From the NCBI RefSeq assembly GCF_001194135.2, contig NC_068988.1:43186881-43219437 (forward strand): a stretch of 32,557 bases of DNA, given 5' to 3'. The position numbers and the translations under genes are program-made. The notes below the pieces were generated by a model. That model was not told where the DNA came from, did no database searches, and was given only the letters and a program-made list of their open reading frames with translations. The stretch is from Octopus bimaculoides (lineage: Eukaryota). Each line of letters opens with the position of its first letter. Within the stretch, counting starts at the first letter, position 1. Shown one piece after another: positions 31,486 to 32,557 of the stretch.

Positions 31486-31493
31486 AGAAATTG

Positions 31494-32260
31494 TTACGCT
31501 TACCGCAATACTCTGTCTTAGAATTTTTGCGCGAATTTCAGTGCCCACGCACATTGTTTTGAAGCCACCCTAAGTATCAAAGTCTGGAGACGGACCCAAA
31601 TACAGAACCAGAGTACTGACCCTGAAATTTATAAATTTTCTTGCCACAGAGACAAGACTGTGTTTTCTACAACAGAGGTTATAGGAAAAAATAAAAGGTA
31701 AGTATATAACCAGTTTCCGAAAAATTCCAATTATTAATTTGCATTTTATGTATATCTCTTTTAGCGCAGCATCATGAAACAGACAAAAGTTTCTTTGGGA
31801 TCTTGATAAATTTCTTCCCAATTTTTGCCAGAATATTTCTAAAAAGCGTAGTTTAGATGTAGTTTCGCTAGTTGATGGTGAAAATGTTTGGTAAATTTAT
31901 AGTTTAACATACAGCTCGGTTTCGGCGGGAGATAATGTTTTTTCCTTGTTTATTTTTTTCTTGTGCTATCAACTAATCTTATGTAATATGCTGCAAATGA
32001 ATTTTTCCACGCAAATCGGAAGGGGATGGGGTAGAGTGGACCATCAGAAATTTCCTCCCCTCACCTTGGAGTTATTTTTTCCTCGTTTTTTTTTTTGTAT
32101 TTTTTCGTGTGCTATCAACTAATCTCGGTTCCTAAAATACGGCAAAGGAGTATATTTTTGTGTTCTTATGATTCTAAAGACCTTGGTGCAACTTCACTGG
32201 GAACTCGGAGCCGACCGAAATTGTTCCCTATTGGGCCCCACACCTCCTAAGGCCGGCCCT
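31494..32260 (+). mobile_element. Probable 3' part of a hAT-Tip100-like DNA transposon
   Basis: Ends ...GGGCCCCACACCTCCTAAGGCCGGCCCT (reverse complement AGGGCCGGCCTTAGG, like Tip100-group TIRs). Internal exact 18-bp direct repeat TGTGCTATCAACTAATCT (31962-31979, 32108-32125). Weak hAT dimerisation-like phrase LCLRIFARISV at 31511-31545. Confidence 0.4.
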
Positions 32261-32299
32261 TCATATATGCGTGTGTGTGTATGTGTGTGTGTGTATTTG

Positions 32300-32499
32300 T
32301 GTGTGTCTGTTTGTCCCCTGCACCATTGCTTGACAGCTGATGTTGGCGTGTTTAGGTCCCCGTAACCTAGCGGTTCGGCCCAAGTAACAGATAGAATAAG
32401 TACTAGGGTTACAAAGAATAAGCCCTGGGGTCGATTTGTTTGACTAAAGGCGGTGCTCCAGCGTAGCCGCAGTCAAATGACTGAAACAAGTAAAAGAAT

Positions 32500-32500
<1 letters not shown>
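32300..32500 (+). mobile_element. SINE family A 3' half
   Basis: TGTTTGTCCCC...GCTTGACAGCTGATGTTGG...TAGCGGTTCGGC...GGCGGTGCTCCAGCG...CAGTCAAATGACTGAAACAAGTAAAAGAATA. Confidence 0.9.

Positions 32501-32557
<57 letters not shown>

Overview
AT-rich, microsatellite-dense animal DNA with six assembly gaps (about 2.7 kb of N). It is most likely cephalopod (Octopus-like) intronic or intergenic sequence; this is inferred from the tRNA-headed SINE families and the very high (TA)n/(CA)n/(TACA)n load, not from a database search. No intact host protein-coding gene is recognisable, and most supplied ORFs are microsatellite, N-run or SINE read-through artefacts. The window is a transposon graveyard. It holds about 25 SINE copies or fragments from 4-5 modular families (labelled A-D here), plus decayed coding remnants of a Ty3/Gypsy pol (RT-RNase H), a Tigger/pogo transposase, a mariner transposase, an R4/Dong-like LINE RT and a Tx1/L1-like LINE RT, together with hAT and Tigger-type MITEs. 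The most notable structure is a composite non-autonomous DNA element present twice (about 2685-3872 and 30179-31485). It has GGATCTAG-ended terminal inverted repeats and an 8-bp TSD, but its interior looks like a Chapaev3-type element. Other points of interest are an inverted-plus-direct local duplication of SINE blocks (26.7-27.8 kb), a near-perfect 106-bp palindrome at the window start, and recurrent head-to-tail SINE dimers. I see no evidence for a new enzymatic or defence system.
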